Positions 10,085-19,252 of a stretch of DNA of 64,000 nt are shown in pieces. The stretch is from a bacterium (GTDB lineage Bacteria > UBA8248), in assembly GCA_965219955.1 (NCBI GenBank), contig OZ244799.1, forward strand, positions 2,592,001-2,656,000. Reading direction: 5' to 3'. The translations under genes and the position numbers were made by a program. The notes below the pieces were generated by a model. The model searched no databases. It was given only the letters and a program-made list of their open reading frames with translations, and was not told the origin of the DNA. The stretch's first letter is position 1. Every line of letters starts with the position of its first letter.

Positions 10085-10456
10085 ATGGAAACCACCGTGG
10101 TGAACCTGAACGAATATGTAGCAGAAAAAGGCCGTGGCTTGCTGGTCAGGATCGACCGCACCACGAAATGGGGAAATCCCTACCATCTCGGCGTGGATGG
10201 GGTCCGCGACAGCGTGATTGAAAAATACCGGCGATGGCTCTGGGGAAAAATCCAGGGCCAGGAGATCGATCTTCACGAACTCGCCGACCTGCAGGGAATG
10301 GAGCTTGGCTGCCACTGCCATCCCCTTCCGTGCCACGGCGACGTCCTCGCACGCGCCATCGATTGGGCCGCCGGCTATCTCGACAAGATGCCGAAAGAAG
10401 TGGGGCGCAACGAGCGTGGCTACGCTCTTCCCGAATTCAACTATCCCCTCGCTTGA
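10085..10456 (+). CDS. DUF4326 domain protein
   Basis: RIDRTTKWGNPY and LGCHCHPLPCHGDVL signature. Confidence 0.85.
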   Translation: METTVVNLNEYVAEKGRGLLVRIDRTTKWGNPYHLGVDGVRDSVIEKYRRWLWGKIQGQEIDLHELADLQGMELGCHCHPLPCHGDVLARAIDWAAGYLDKMPKEVGRNERGYALPEFNYPLA

Positions 10457-10477
10457 GGACAACGAAAGGAGTGAACG

Positions 10478-11431
10478 ATGACTGCCACCGCGACACACAA
10501 GGAGATGATCATGCACGAGCATACGGAACACGAAGCGCAGAACGAATCCTTCACCGCCATGGTCTGCGAGCAGGCCGCACTCTTCGGCGCGACCCCCGGG
10601 CCGGACGAGTTCGACAACCGGCCCGTCTGGGGCGAGGCGGAGTCCACCGCCGCCGTCCTCAAGGCCTTCGTCGCACTCGCCGAAGCCGCACCCGACGGAA
10701 CCCAGCTGGCGGACGAGCGGGCGAGCCTCCTGTGGGGCTTCGTCAACACCCTGGACGCCCAGACACAGCGGCTCGACCGCGCCGCCGACAAGCTCATCCC
10801 CGGCATCCGTGAAATGCAGCGCGAGCAGGACGGCTCCGAGATCAGGTCGCGTGAACTCGAACTCGCGACCGACCGGGCGCAAAACCTCACCGCCCGCCGC
10901 GACGCCTTCGAAGGACTGCGCGACGCCGCCGCAGAGGCCTACCGCGTCGAGACCGGCGAGGTATGGCGCCCGAGGCGAGGATCGCACGTCAGCCAGACCG
11001 GCAAGCTCACGTCGGCGGTGATCGAGGCGCGCGACTTCCAGCGCGCGAAAAAGGACCGCGAGAACACGGCCCACCTCCCCCAGGGAACGCTCGTCGCCGT
11101 CGCGGGAGGCAAGGAAGCCACCGACGCCGGTAAAATCATCGGCCAGCTCGACAAGCTGAAAGCCAAGTACGCCGACGTCGTCCTCGTCCACGGCGGCGGC
11201 CCCGGTGCGGAGAAGATAGCGGCTGGCTGGGCCGAGCGGAACGGCGTCCACCAGATCGTCTGCAAGCCCGACTGGGACGCCCACGGCAGGGCCGCTCCCT
11301 TCAGGCGCAACGACGAGCTGCTCTCCCTCCTCCCCAAGGGCGTGATCGCCTTCCCGGGTTCGGGCATCACGGACAACCTCGTCGACAAGGCCCGCACCCT
11401 CGGCATCCCCGTGCAACGCGTGGCCGCCTGA
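10478..11431 (+). CDS. DUF2493 (YspA/SLOG-like) domain protein
   Basis: LVHGGGPGAEKIA, AAPFRRNDELL, IAFPGSGIT; common plasmid/ICE gene. Confidence 0.85.
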   Translation: MTATATHKEMIMHEHTEHEAQNESFTAMVCEQAALFGATPGPDEFDNRPVWGEAESTAAVLKAFVALAEAAPDGTQLADERASLLWGFVNTLDAQTQRLDRAADKLIPGIREMQREQDGSEIRSRELELATDRAQNLTARRDAFEGLRDAAAEAYRVETGEVWRPRRGSHVSQTGKLTSAVIEARDFQRAKKDRENTAHLPQGTLVAVAGGKEATDAGKIIGQLDKLKAKYADVVLVHGGGPGAEKIAAGWAERNGVHQIVCKPDWDAHGRAAPFRRNDELLSLLPKGVIAFPGSGITDNLVDKARTLGIPVQRVAA

Positions 11432-12051
11432 TGTGAACACTCCTCGGGTCGCGTCGTCGTCGCCCGGCGGCGGCGCGGCCCGTCGCTTCTCCTGATTGCT
11501 CCGCTCGCCTCCTCTCGCTCACTCGCCGCGGCGGCTCCCGCTCGCCATCCTCTCCGGCGAAAATTCCCCTGTCGTTCGTTCCCAAGAATCCGCCGTTAGC
11601 CGCCCTTCGGCGCTTCGGATTTCACACCGGACGCATCGCCGATGCGGGTGTTGCGGAGGCTGCGAATAACTGCGACCCCCTGCGCTCCTCCTTGATTGTT
11701 CATCCCCCCGCGCATCCCCGTCGTGCCGAGATAAGTGCGTCGCATTTGCGACGAACCTCGATCCGGGCAACAATATCAACAGGTTAGGGGGAGGCCTGAT
11801 GCGCTCTTACGGTATAGATTCTCCGCCAGATACCAATTGCGTCGCAGACCGGTGTTCGCACGAATATGACTCCTTACAGCTTGCGTCGCAAAAACGACGC
11901 AAGACACGGATGCGCAGGGACATGATCGATCGGCGCATCCAGGCGCGAGAATGCGGTGCGTAACTCTGTTTCGGCTTCCAAAAGGCGCCTACAAGAGTCA
12001 AAAACATCTCACATAAACGGCAATTCAGAGAACGAAACGGGGGAGCACGCC

Positions 12052-12393
12052 ATGGGAAAAACGATCAACAAGCACATCCGAATCGATGAAGACCACTGGA
12101 AACGGATCGAAAAAGCCGCTCATGAGCGGGGGATTTCCCCGAGCCGGTTCATGACCTCGGCGGCGCTCGAGGCGATCGAGGGGCGGGATTGGCCGCGCAC
12201 GGAGGCGGAAATTCACCTGCTTCGCTCCGCCATGTTCACTGCGCAGGCCATCATCCGCGACATGGAGAGGGCCGGACGCGAGGAAGAAATCGAGCAAATC
12301 AGCAAAAGCATTTCCCAAGTCGCACCTGAATTGCCGGGCAATTCGGCAGCCGAACCTTTGGATCAGGCGGATACAAGAACCAACGATTCGTGA
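12052..12393 (+). CDS. ribbon-helix-helix protein (possible relaxosome accessory)
   Basis: NKHIRIDEDHWKRIEKAAHERGISPSRF beta-alpha-alpha pattern; GGGAG RBS; decayed copies at about 18460 and 40150. Confidence 0.6.
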   Translation: MGKTINKHIRIDEDHWKRIEKAAHERGISPSRFMTSAALEAIEGRDWPRTEAEIHLLRSAMFTAQAIIRDMERAGREEEIEQISKSISQVAPELPGNSAAEPLDQADTRTNDS

Positions 12394-12789
12394 ATCGATA
12401 TCCACCATCCAGGTGTCAATAGCGCAACGAAACGGTTGGAAAGTTCAGTCTCGCTGGGTCGCGATAACGGGCATCTTCCCGGACCCCTTCGGCATCGGGC
12501 TACGACGGGATACGCTCATTTGGCTGACAGCCACTTTGACGATCCAGCGGAGAGGCTCGGAAACGTGGTTATCGCAACTGTGACAAGACGCAAAACATCA
12601 GACCCGCCATGACACACCCCTCGCTCACTTCTCCGGCAAATCGGGCCTATTTCGTCGTACCGAATTGGTAAGATACCGTACTTCTTCCTGGTGTTACGGG
12701 CGACTGAGGGTTGAGGACACTCACGAAAGTAAAACCATTTGGTTTGGGAATCATATGGCCATTTCGCCGCCAGGAGGAGGTATTTTGAA

Positions 12790-14100
12790 TCATCGTGATT
12801 TCAACTCTCTCACAGAACGGACGAAATCGACATGTTTCGCGCGAGATTCCGCAGTAACAGGGATTTCGGCCGCCCTTATCTCGGCACAGATCGTTTCCAT
12901 CTCCTCGCGCGTCAAGTCCGGATACGATGAGCAATTAGAGGAGCTAACGATGTAGCGGTACAGATCCGCCAAACCCATGCAAATCACGCCTCGCATCCGC
13001 CATGTTTCATTCTGATTCGCTATCTTCTCGTGTTCATCAAACGGCAGGAATTCGTCCGCCGTTTTCAGGTGTGCATCCCCCACGAACGCCACGATTGGCC
13101 GAAGCAGCCAACGATCAACGATGTTGAGTTTAAGAAGAGCCTTTGCGTGCCCTTCGTTTTGCAATAGCGGATTGTAAAACTTGAACTTCTTCGACTTGAT
13201 TCCTGCTTTACGAGACCGGCGGCCTGCCTTGAATAATTGCGTCCACTGCTTCTGGCCAGGCTTTCCGAAGACCCACCCGCTCATTTCTTTGGTCTCAATC
13301 AAAAATACAGCGCTTGGCGACACCAAGATATGGTCGATCTGCGTTGTCCCTTGTCCGGAAGGCAGCATGACGTCATTGATCAGCATCCAATCCCTGTAAC
13401 GTCTCATCAACTCCCGACCCACCAAACGCTCGCCGTCGTTAATCGGAGTTGCTGTCAAATCTCGTGCATGGCCGTCCTGAATCCAGCGGCCTACCCTCCC
13501 GTTTCTTTTATGTCCAAACCATCGATGAACCTCACGTCGGCGATCATGTCTGTCAGATGACGGAAGCCGCGTAGCCAGCCCTGTCGCTTCTCGGCGCTCA
13601 TGGCGAACTGATGCACGAGACGCAGCGCCGTCTTCTCGCTCAGGCAGTTCCTGGTCTTCGCCGTTCGCGGCCGGATGGTGGCGAAGGTCTACTTGATGGG
13701 GTTTATCGTCCGAAGGCTCTGCCAGTGCGTCGCCGGGAAGTCGTAGAGGACGAGCAGTTCCTCCCGACGGCGTTGGCTGAGGCGAAGCAACTTTTGTGGT
13801 GCCGAGTTTCCGGCCGAGCAGATACAGGAGAAGTGCTAAAACGATAGCGCCCCCGACCCAAACATCCAATAGGCCATCCACCAGGTCAGGAACTAATGCC
13901 GTCCAGGACACGGCACTCTCGGAAGCGGAAAATTCAGGCATATTTGCGTTGTAGACAACAATCTTTTGGCCAACCAGCACCAAATCAGGATTTTCGATAT
14001 GATTCCATCTCTGCAATGCGTCCACGCTGACGCCGTAACGAGCCGCTATCTCGGAAAGCGTCTCTCCTGGCTCGACATGCGCAACTATGATTTTGTTCAT
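12790..14100 (-). CDS. LysM + TM + NERD nuclease-related domain protein with an IS-derived in-frame insert
   Basis: HVEPGETLSEIAARYGVSVDALQRWN LysM; QIDHILV..FLIETK NERD motif. Confidence 0.8.
   Translation of the reverse strand: MNKIIVAHVEPGETLSEIAARYGVSVDALQRWNHIENPDLVLVGQKIVVYNANMPEFSASESAVSWTALVPDLVDGLLDVWVGGAIVLALLLYLLGRKLGTTKVASPQPTPSGGTARPLRLPGDALAEPSDDKPHQVDLRHHPAANGEDQELPEREDGAASRASVRHERREATGLATRLPSSDRHDRRREVHRWFGHKRNGRVGRWIQDGHARDLTATPINDGERLVGRELMRRYRDWMLINDVMLPSGQGTTQIDHILVSPSAVFLIETKEMSGWVFGKPGQKQWTQLFKAGRRSRKAGIKSKKFKFYNPLLQNEGHAKALLKLNIVDRWLLRPIVAFVGDAHLKTADEFLPFDEHEKIANQNETWRMRGVICMGLADLYRYIVSSSNCSSYPDLTREEMETICAEIRAAEIPVTAESRAKHVDFVRSVRELKSR
13446..13764 (-). mobile_element. 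IS256 3'-end remnant embedded in the LysM-NERD gene
   Basis: homologous to 35790-36110, including the terminal IR gagttgctgtcaaat. Confidence 0.75.
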
Positions 14101-14174
14101 TTCGGCTCCGCGCCAAGACGAGGTCAACTAAAGATTTTGCATTCTCTGAAATCTGCCGAACCAACCTCTCGTGT

Positions 14175-14588
14175 TCATTTCGGAAACGGCATCCAGCCGA
14201 CAATGTCTCCTGGGCCAGTGGTGAGAATCCATGTCTTCCCGGTTTGACAGTCCATCAGGAATGTATGTCGAACTGCTAATCCTGAGGTGAATACAAAAAA
14301 CCTCGCTTTACGCGTACCGGATGTATCCGGTAGACTCAGTACGAGCATTTTCTGCCAAGTTACTTCGCCAATTCGTGTCTTCACCAACTGATCTACATTC
14401 CCTGTGTATCGGTCCAATCGAAACGTCCACTTCGCTGCCAAGGGAGACTGCACAATCGCAAATCGACCCTCTCGCGGCTGTGGTGTGGATTGGTGGACTC
14501 TGGCAGCGATAGACTGCGACGATGCCGAACCAGCCATAATAAAGACTATGCAAATAACCACTCCAACGGGTATAGAACTGCGCATCAC
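14175..14588 (-). CDS. secreted hypothetical protein
   Basis: signal-peptide-like N-terminus; two internal TF(R/L)(L/M)DxxTG repeats. Confidence 0.6.
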   Translation of the reverse strand: MMRSSIPVGVVICIVFIMAGSASSQSIAARVHQSTPQPREGRFAIVQSPLAAKWTFRLDRYTGNVDQLVKTRIGEVTWQKMLVLSLPDTSGTRKARFFVFTSGLAVRHTFLMDCQTGKTWILTTGPGDIVGWMPFPK

Positions 14589-14887
14589 TCCTTCTCCGAT
14601 TCTTTCGTCAAGTCATGACAGTATGCGTTATCAGAAAAAAATCTCGCTTCAATTTTTGTCTACGAAAATAGTGTGTTTTCTTGTCAATTCCAAGCAACGG
14701 TCTGTATTTATATGCACAAGAAGCTCTTTATCGTCTTCATACGGAGGTAGTGAAAGGCAACTTGGAATTGGTGGGTAGGCATCTCACCATGATGAGGAAA
14801 GCGACATTGATCGTGACCCGCCGTTGCCGTATGTGCGTTCATGATCTTTCCCGCCGTCGCGGTAGCCTTGCAGAGTTCTCAATTCTA

Positions 14888-15265
14888 TTATGCCGGTAAC
14901 TTCAAGAGAGTCATCTTCGCTTCTGACGAAACCTCGAGAACATGGTTGACAATAACGTCCATCGGGTTGCCGTACCCAGATAGAAAAACGATCGCATCAC
15001 GCAACAGCGCCTCAGAACGTTCCCGGCCCACGCTCGGCAGGATGATTAGGCCGGGGTGCACTTCCTGAGTGGAAACGAGCGCGCGGAAATCGCGCGCGTT
15101 GGCCGTCACGAGTACGAGGTCTTGCTCGACGCATCTGGCCAGGACATGGTGATCCGACGCGCCAAGCCCACCGAAGTCGCGCGGATGCAGAGCAACATGA
15201 ATCCCTTCGGAATTCAGAACTTGGGCAATTTTAGGGGACAGACACTCATCGAGAAACAACCGCAT
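14888..15265 (-). CDS. DUF5615 family PIN-like toxin
   Basis: MRLFLDECLSP start, LVTANARDF, HPGLIIL; follows a DUF433 gene. Confidence 0.85.
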   Translation of the reverse strand: MRLFLDECLSPKIAQVLNSEGIHVALHPRDFGGLGASDHHVLARCVEQDLVLVTANARDFRALVSTQEVHPGLIILPSVGRERSEALLRDAIVFLSGYGNPMDVIVNHVLEVSSEAKMTLLKLPA

Positions 15266-15285
15266 CGTCTTGCCGCAACCGCCGC

Positions 15286-15876
15286 CTAGGCCGCGTTTCG
15301 CCAGGGTCTGCCGGACGGGCGCCCCCGAAGAGGGTGGCATTTGGCATAGATCTCGGCGGCCTCGAACGCTTCGCGCGGAATCTCAGGGTAGTCCTCTGTG
15401 AGACCGTCGATGCCATCGCCGTCCTGCAGCCGCCCGAGAATCGCGTAAACGCTCAACCGCGTTCCGGCGATGACCGGCGTGCCGCCGAGGATGTCCTCAT
15501 CCGATGTGATGTAACGATCACGGGCTTTTCGGTATCGCTCGGCGTTACGTAGAGAGTCCGCCGCAAGACGCTCGAGATCGAGCATCGCGCCGGGAGTGAA
15601 TTCGATGGTCTCGAGCTGCATGGGCTCAAGACGAATCATATTCGTCCAGATCGCCCGTTTATGGCGTAAAGGGAGGTCCGTAAGATTGGCTGCTTTCAGG
15701 GTATGGAAATAGACCACGGCCCGGACCGGGAGATAGCGCATCGCGCCGCCGCGAAGACGGGCCGGGCCGGTGAGGGCCTGCAAGACGCGGGCTTCCAGGG
15801 CTTTTTCGATCGTTGTCCGGGACACCCCCGAGAGGGCAGCGGTTTCCCTGATTGTCAAATCGGCAGTGATAGGCAT
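15286..15876 (-). CDS. HTH-DUF433 antitoxin
   Basis: ILGGTPVIAGTRLSV DUF433 motif with N-terminal HTH. Confidence 0.85.
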   Translation of the reverse strand: MPITADLTIRETAALSGVSRTTIEKALEARVLQALTGPARLRGGAMRYLPVRAVVYFHTLKAANLTDLPLRHKRAIWTNMIRLEPMQLETIEFTPGAMLDLERLAADSLRNAERYRKARDRYITSDEDILGGTPVIAGTRLSVYAILGRLQDGDGIDGLTEDYPEIPREAFEAAEIYAKCHPLRGRPSGRPWRNAA

Positions 15877-16329
15877 AATTCACCTCCTTTCGGGGATGAA
15901 TATAAGGAAAGACCGTATGGTTTGCAAGTCTTGCCAGATTCGGTAATTCGCTTACCGGGCGGTAGCGATCCCACCACGCCCCGGTGTGATGTTTTCGGGA
16001 AGGCGCGTTTATCCCATTCTTTGGAGACACGGATTCGCAGAAGGAATGCGCAGGAGTTTGAATTCGTCCGCTTCCGTTTTGATTGCATATAGAGGCAGGA
16101 GAATCTTGGGCGAAATTCCAAAAAACAAATACCTTCAAGAAACTGCCAAAATTTCATGGCCATTGAAAACAACCGAATGTCTGAAAACGGCCGAAGTGCG
16201 TACCGAGGTGAGAGATTCTTCAGGAATTACCAGGAAGACTCGACAAACTCCAGACTTAATTTTTAGAGCGGAAAAAGATACTAATCAGCCGGATATTTCG
16301 TCACCCCCACTCCATCATTCTTGCCTTTT

Positions 16330-17739
16330 CTATCGCGTTCCACCGAATCCGGCAGACATATCGCTTCTCTCGACGACACCGCCCATGCCCTCATGCGCTG
16401 GTCCGAAGAACGCGCCCGTAACCTCGCCGGCATCGCCGCCGGTTTGGATGAAAGTATTCTTTCTGACGATGACGCTGTACCTGAGGTCGCCGTCATTCCA
16501 CATCGTTCCTGAATCGATATATTCCAAGTCTGTGAAGTCAATCTGTCCCCTGAGCGTTCCGATGTTGATGTTCAATCGGGTATCTCCGCTCAATGGCTCG
16601 GAACCGGGAGTCATTCCCAGGAGGCGGCCAGACCAGCTTACGCTTCCCGATAGCGACTGGTTATCGGCCAGGTCGTTTTCCGGCTTGGGGCCTCTTGCCC
16701 AGGTCTGAACCAGGCCGTTTCTCGATGCCGCGCCGAATGCGATATCTCCAATATCTCCGCGAACGTGGAACGATATATCGCTCCATGCGCCAAGTCTGTG
16801 CACGTCCGTCTCGCCCGGCTCATAAGCGGCGTAAAGGGCCTGAATCGCGTCATGGTCAACCGGGCCGAGAATGCGGTCTGAATACGAACGTGGAACACGC
16901 GAACGCATAATCGAGTCATGGTAAGTGTCGTAATCCGGGTGTCCTGGTTGTAAACCAAGGGCGTGTAGAAGTTCGTGGGCCAGCAGCAGAATATTGGCCT
17001 CATCAGTAAACTGCCCGAGCCTGTCCTCGTTTATCCATATTCTGGCGCTGTGCATTTTAACGAATGTCACTAGCCCGCCTTCATATTCGGCGGTGGATAA
17101 AGGAACCGTACGCGTTACACCGCGATATACCAGTCTGCTCGGCGGGTTCCATCGTCTGTGCGGCGCGTAGTCGATAAATATCTCTCCTTCGTCAACTTCA
17201 AAGGTGCCGACGCCTGGCGGGGACGGAACGCTGCTGAATCGCAGCCTGTTCTCACGAGGAAGATATGCGTTGATTATCTGTACTGCCTGAACGGCATAAT
17301 CCGTTTGCCTGGGGGTGGCTCCTTCCGCTACGCGGACTACCGGCGGACTTTCCCATGTATGAAGCGACGGTTCGTCTTCGTGGAGCTGGCTGAAGTTTTC
17401 GATGAATTGGCCCACGAATGCGATAACGGCCTCACGGCCCGCTCCATCCCGCACATGACCGGATGAGATAACCGTATCGCCATCCTGTCTCACTGCTCCA
17501 AGTTGGTTCGCCTCCGGCTTGACTCCGGCTCCCACATGCAAGGTATCGCTGTATTCGATTATCGGGGCCTGTCGCGCATGAACAGGAGCTTGCAACGGAA
17601 TAACAGAAGATGGAATGACAGAAGGTGTTCTCGGGATAACCGCACTCCCGCCGCCGCCTCCACCGCAACCGGGCAATATCAACGCGAACGATAGAAGGAC
17701 GGTGAATGCCTTTTGAGCGAAACGATTATTGTTTCTGAT
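16330..17739 (-). CDS. zincin metalloprotease lipoprotein with C-terminal TbpB-like barrel (start codon mutated to ATC, possible pseudogene)
   Basis: LPGC lipobox + poly-Gly, HELLHALGL, FFGPAHEGMGG...AGFGGTR end; signal peptide matches 59453-60850 but ATG reads ATC. Confidence 0.75.
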   Translation of the reverse strand: MRNNNRFAQKAFTVLLSFALILPGCGGGGGGSAVIPRTPSVIPSSVIPLQAPVHARQAPIIEYSDTLHVGAGVKPEANQLGAVRQDGDTVISSGHVRDGAGREAVIAFVGQFIENFSQLHEDEPSLHTWESPPVVRVAEGATPRQTDYAVQAVQIINAYLPRENRLRFSSVPSPPGVGTFEVDEGEIFIDYAPHRRWNPPSRLVYRGVTRTVPLSTAEYEGGLVTFVKMHSARIWINEDRLGQFTDEANILLLAHELLHALGLQPGHPDYDTYHDSIMRSRVPRSYSDRILGPVDHDAIQALYAAYEPGETDVHRLGAWSDISFHVRGDIGDIAFGAASRNGLVQTWARGPKPENDLADNQSLSGSVSWSGRLLGMTPGSEPLSGDTRLNINIGTLRGQIDFTDLEYIDSGTMWNDGDLRYSVIVRKNTFIQTGGDAGEVTGAFFGPAHEGMGGVVERSDMSAGFGGTR

Positions 17740-17959
17740 TTGATTTCTTCTTATGAAAGGGTGAATTTTGAAGCACCATACACATACATCCGCGAGCCGG
17801 ATGCAAGGATTTCACCAGCCGCTGGAAGTACCCTGTGACCATAAACGAGCAAAGACATGAGGAGCCCCTTCGCAGAGCGCTTCTCAAACGCGTCTCATCA
17901 CCCACGGTGCCTTGCCGATGATTCGGACATCCAAGACGTGAACCTCGCCGATCAGACGG

Positions 17960-18329
17960 TCCTGCTCGGCCGCTCCAGGATGGATCAGGAGGGTGTGAGC
18001 GTCGTGCGGTACCTGGGGGAGCCGACGGGCTCATGGAGGGGGCGCTCCTGAGACCTCTCCACAAGTCGGGTCGGCTGCGCGAGGGTCGCCTCACCGAGAG
18101 GAGCATACGGAGCATCATTATCCGCCGAGCGCGCGATGCGGGGGTTCAGGGCCGCATCAGAGGGAACAACCAGAGAGTGGCAGCGCGCAGAGCCTGGCGA
18201 ATGCGGGCGCCACTCTGGCCGAGATGCAGTCCGCCGGGCGCTGGCGCTCCCCCGTCATGCCGGTGCGCTACGCGCAGGAAAAACGCCCGCGGCAGGGCGC
18301 CGTGGCGAGGCTTCGCTACGGGCGTTGAC
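17960..18329 (+). pseudogene. Cre-like tyrosine recombinase C-terminal remnant
   Basis: RLTERSIRSIIIRRARDAGVQGR, then frameshifted SAQSLANAGATLAEMQSAGRWRSPVMPVRYA; catalytic HxLR degenerate. Confidence 0.65.
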
Positions 18330-18409
18330 GAACAAGGCCGCGAGTGCTCGCCGCCCTCACTCGGGATCCCGGTATTTTTTCCATACAGGTTTGGCGCCAT
18401 TCCTAGCTG

Positions 18410-18895
18410 ATCTCCATCACCTCACGAGCGAGAGTGGTTACCTCAGAGAAAACCCCGCATCGAAGCGGAGATTCACCCGTTGGCCTCCGCCATGTTCACC
18501 GCACAGGCCATAATCCGTGATATGGAGAGGAGAGGAAATCGAGTAAATCAGCAGAACTATCTCTGAAGTCGCTCCCGAATTACCGTGTAAATTGGCGAAT
18601 GGTTCAGGGAATCGGGCGGATTCTGTTACAGGGGACGAGTGAGTTTTCCTAAGACTTGATCCGCCGCGCTGAAGAGCATAAACCCGAGCACCATGCTCAA
18701 CAATGCGATTACCGTCCGGTAAAGGATGCTCACAGCCATCTTCCGTTCTTGCTTTTCTTTTACGCGATGAACTGTAGTTGGATGAGGACTTAAAGGACGG
18801 TGCATTGTATATGTATACAGGAAAGCCGGTCGTTTCACCTGCGCTCCGAATTATGTGCCCGCCTTTCGGTGTTTTGTCGAACGTCTGTATCCTTT
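18410..18895. repeat. ~490-bp diverged block, inverted copy of 39740-40225 (RHH remnant + small membrane ORF)
   Basis: direct comparison; shared ILYRTVIALLSMVLGFMLF peptide. Confidence 0.8.
18626..18739 (-). CDS. putative small hydrophobic peptide (37 aa)
   Basis: MAVSILYRTVIALLSMVLGFMLFSAADQVLGKLTRPL; homologue at 39888. Confidence 0.35.
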   Translation of the reverse strand: MAVSILYRTVIALLSMVLGFMLFSAADQVLGKLTRPL

Positions 18896-19011
18896 GATAC
18901 AAAAGTCCGTCCTAGTGTGGCCCACCTCTGGCAAGGATTCCCGCGCTTCTCTCCGGGTTGAAGAACATATCCTGGAGGGTTTCGTTACGAGCGCGTCCGG
19001 TCGGGAGGAGA

Positions 19012-19112
19012 AAAGGCCGACACCCCTCAAAGGGTTGGGTTGGCGAAAGATGGGAATTGTTGCGACACAATCCACGAGGTAACGCCGCCAGCCGAGTCGG
19101 GGTGTCGGCCTA
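19012..19112 (-). ncRNA. putative structured RNA/terminator element (copy 1)
   Basis: ggccgacaccc...ggggtgtcggcc closing stem, conserved with 42316-42413. Confidence 0.35.
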
Positions 19113-19132
19113 CTTCCATGAAGCGTAAAACA

Positions 19133-19235
19133 GGGGCTGCCCGCTGCTCCCGTTCCCGACCCGGAGGACTCAAACTCTCAGGCCGGGAACGGTACGCTTT
19201 GCTCCATCACGAGGGAAGCACCAGCGGACAACCCC
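19133..19235 (-). ncRNA. three-way-junction RNA motif, 3' of a lipoprotein gene
   Basis: inverted copy of 25912-26014. Confidence 0.55.
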
Positions 19236-19252
19236 GATTTCGCTCTCTTTTC

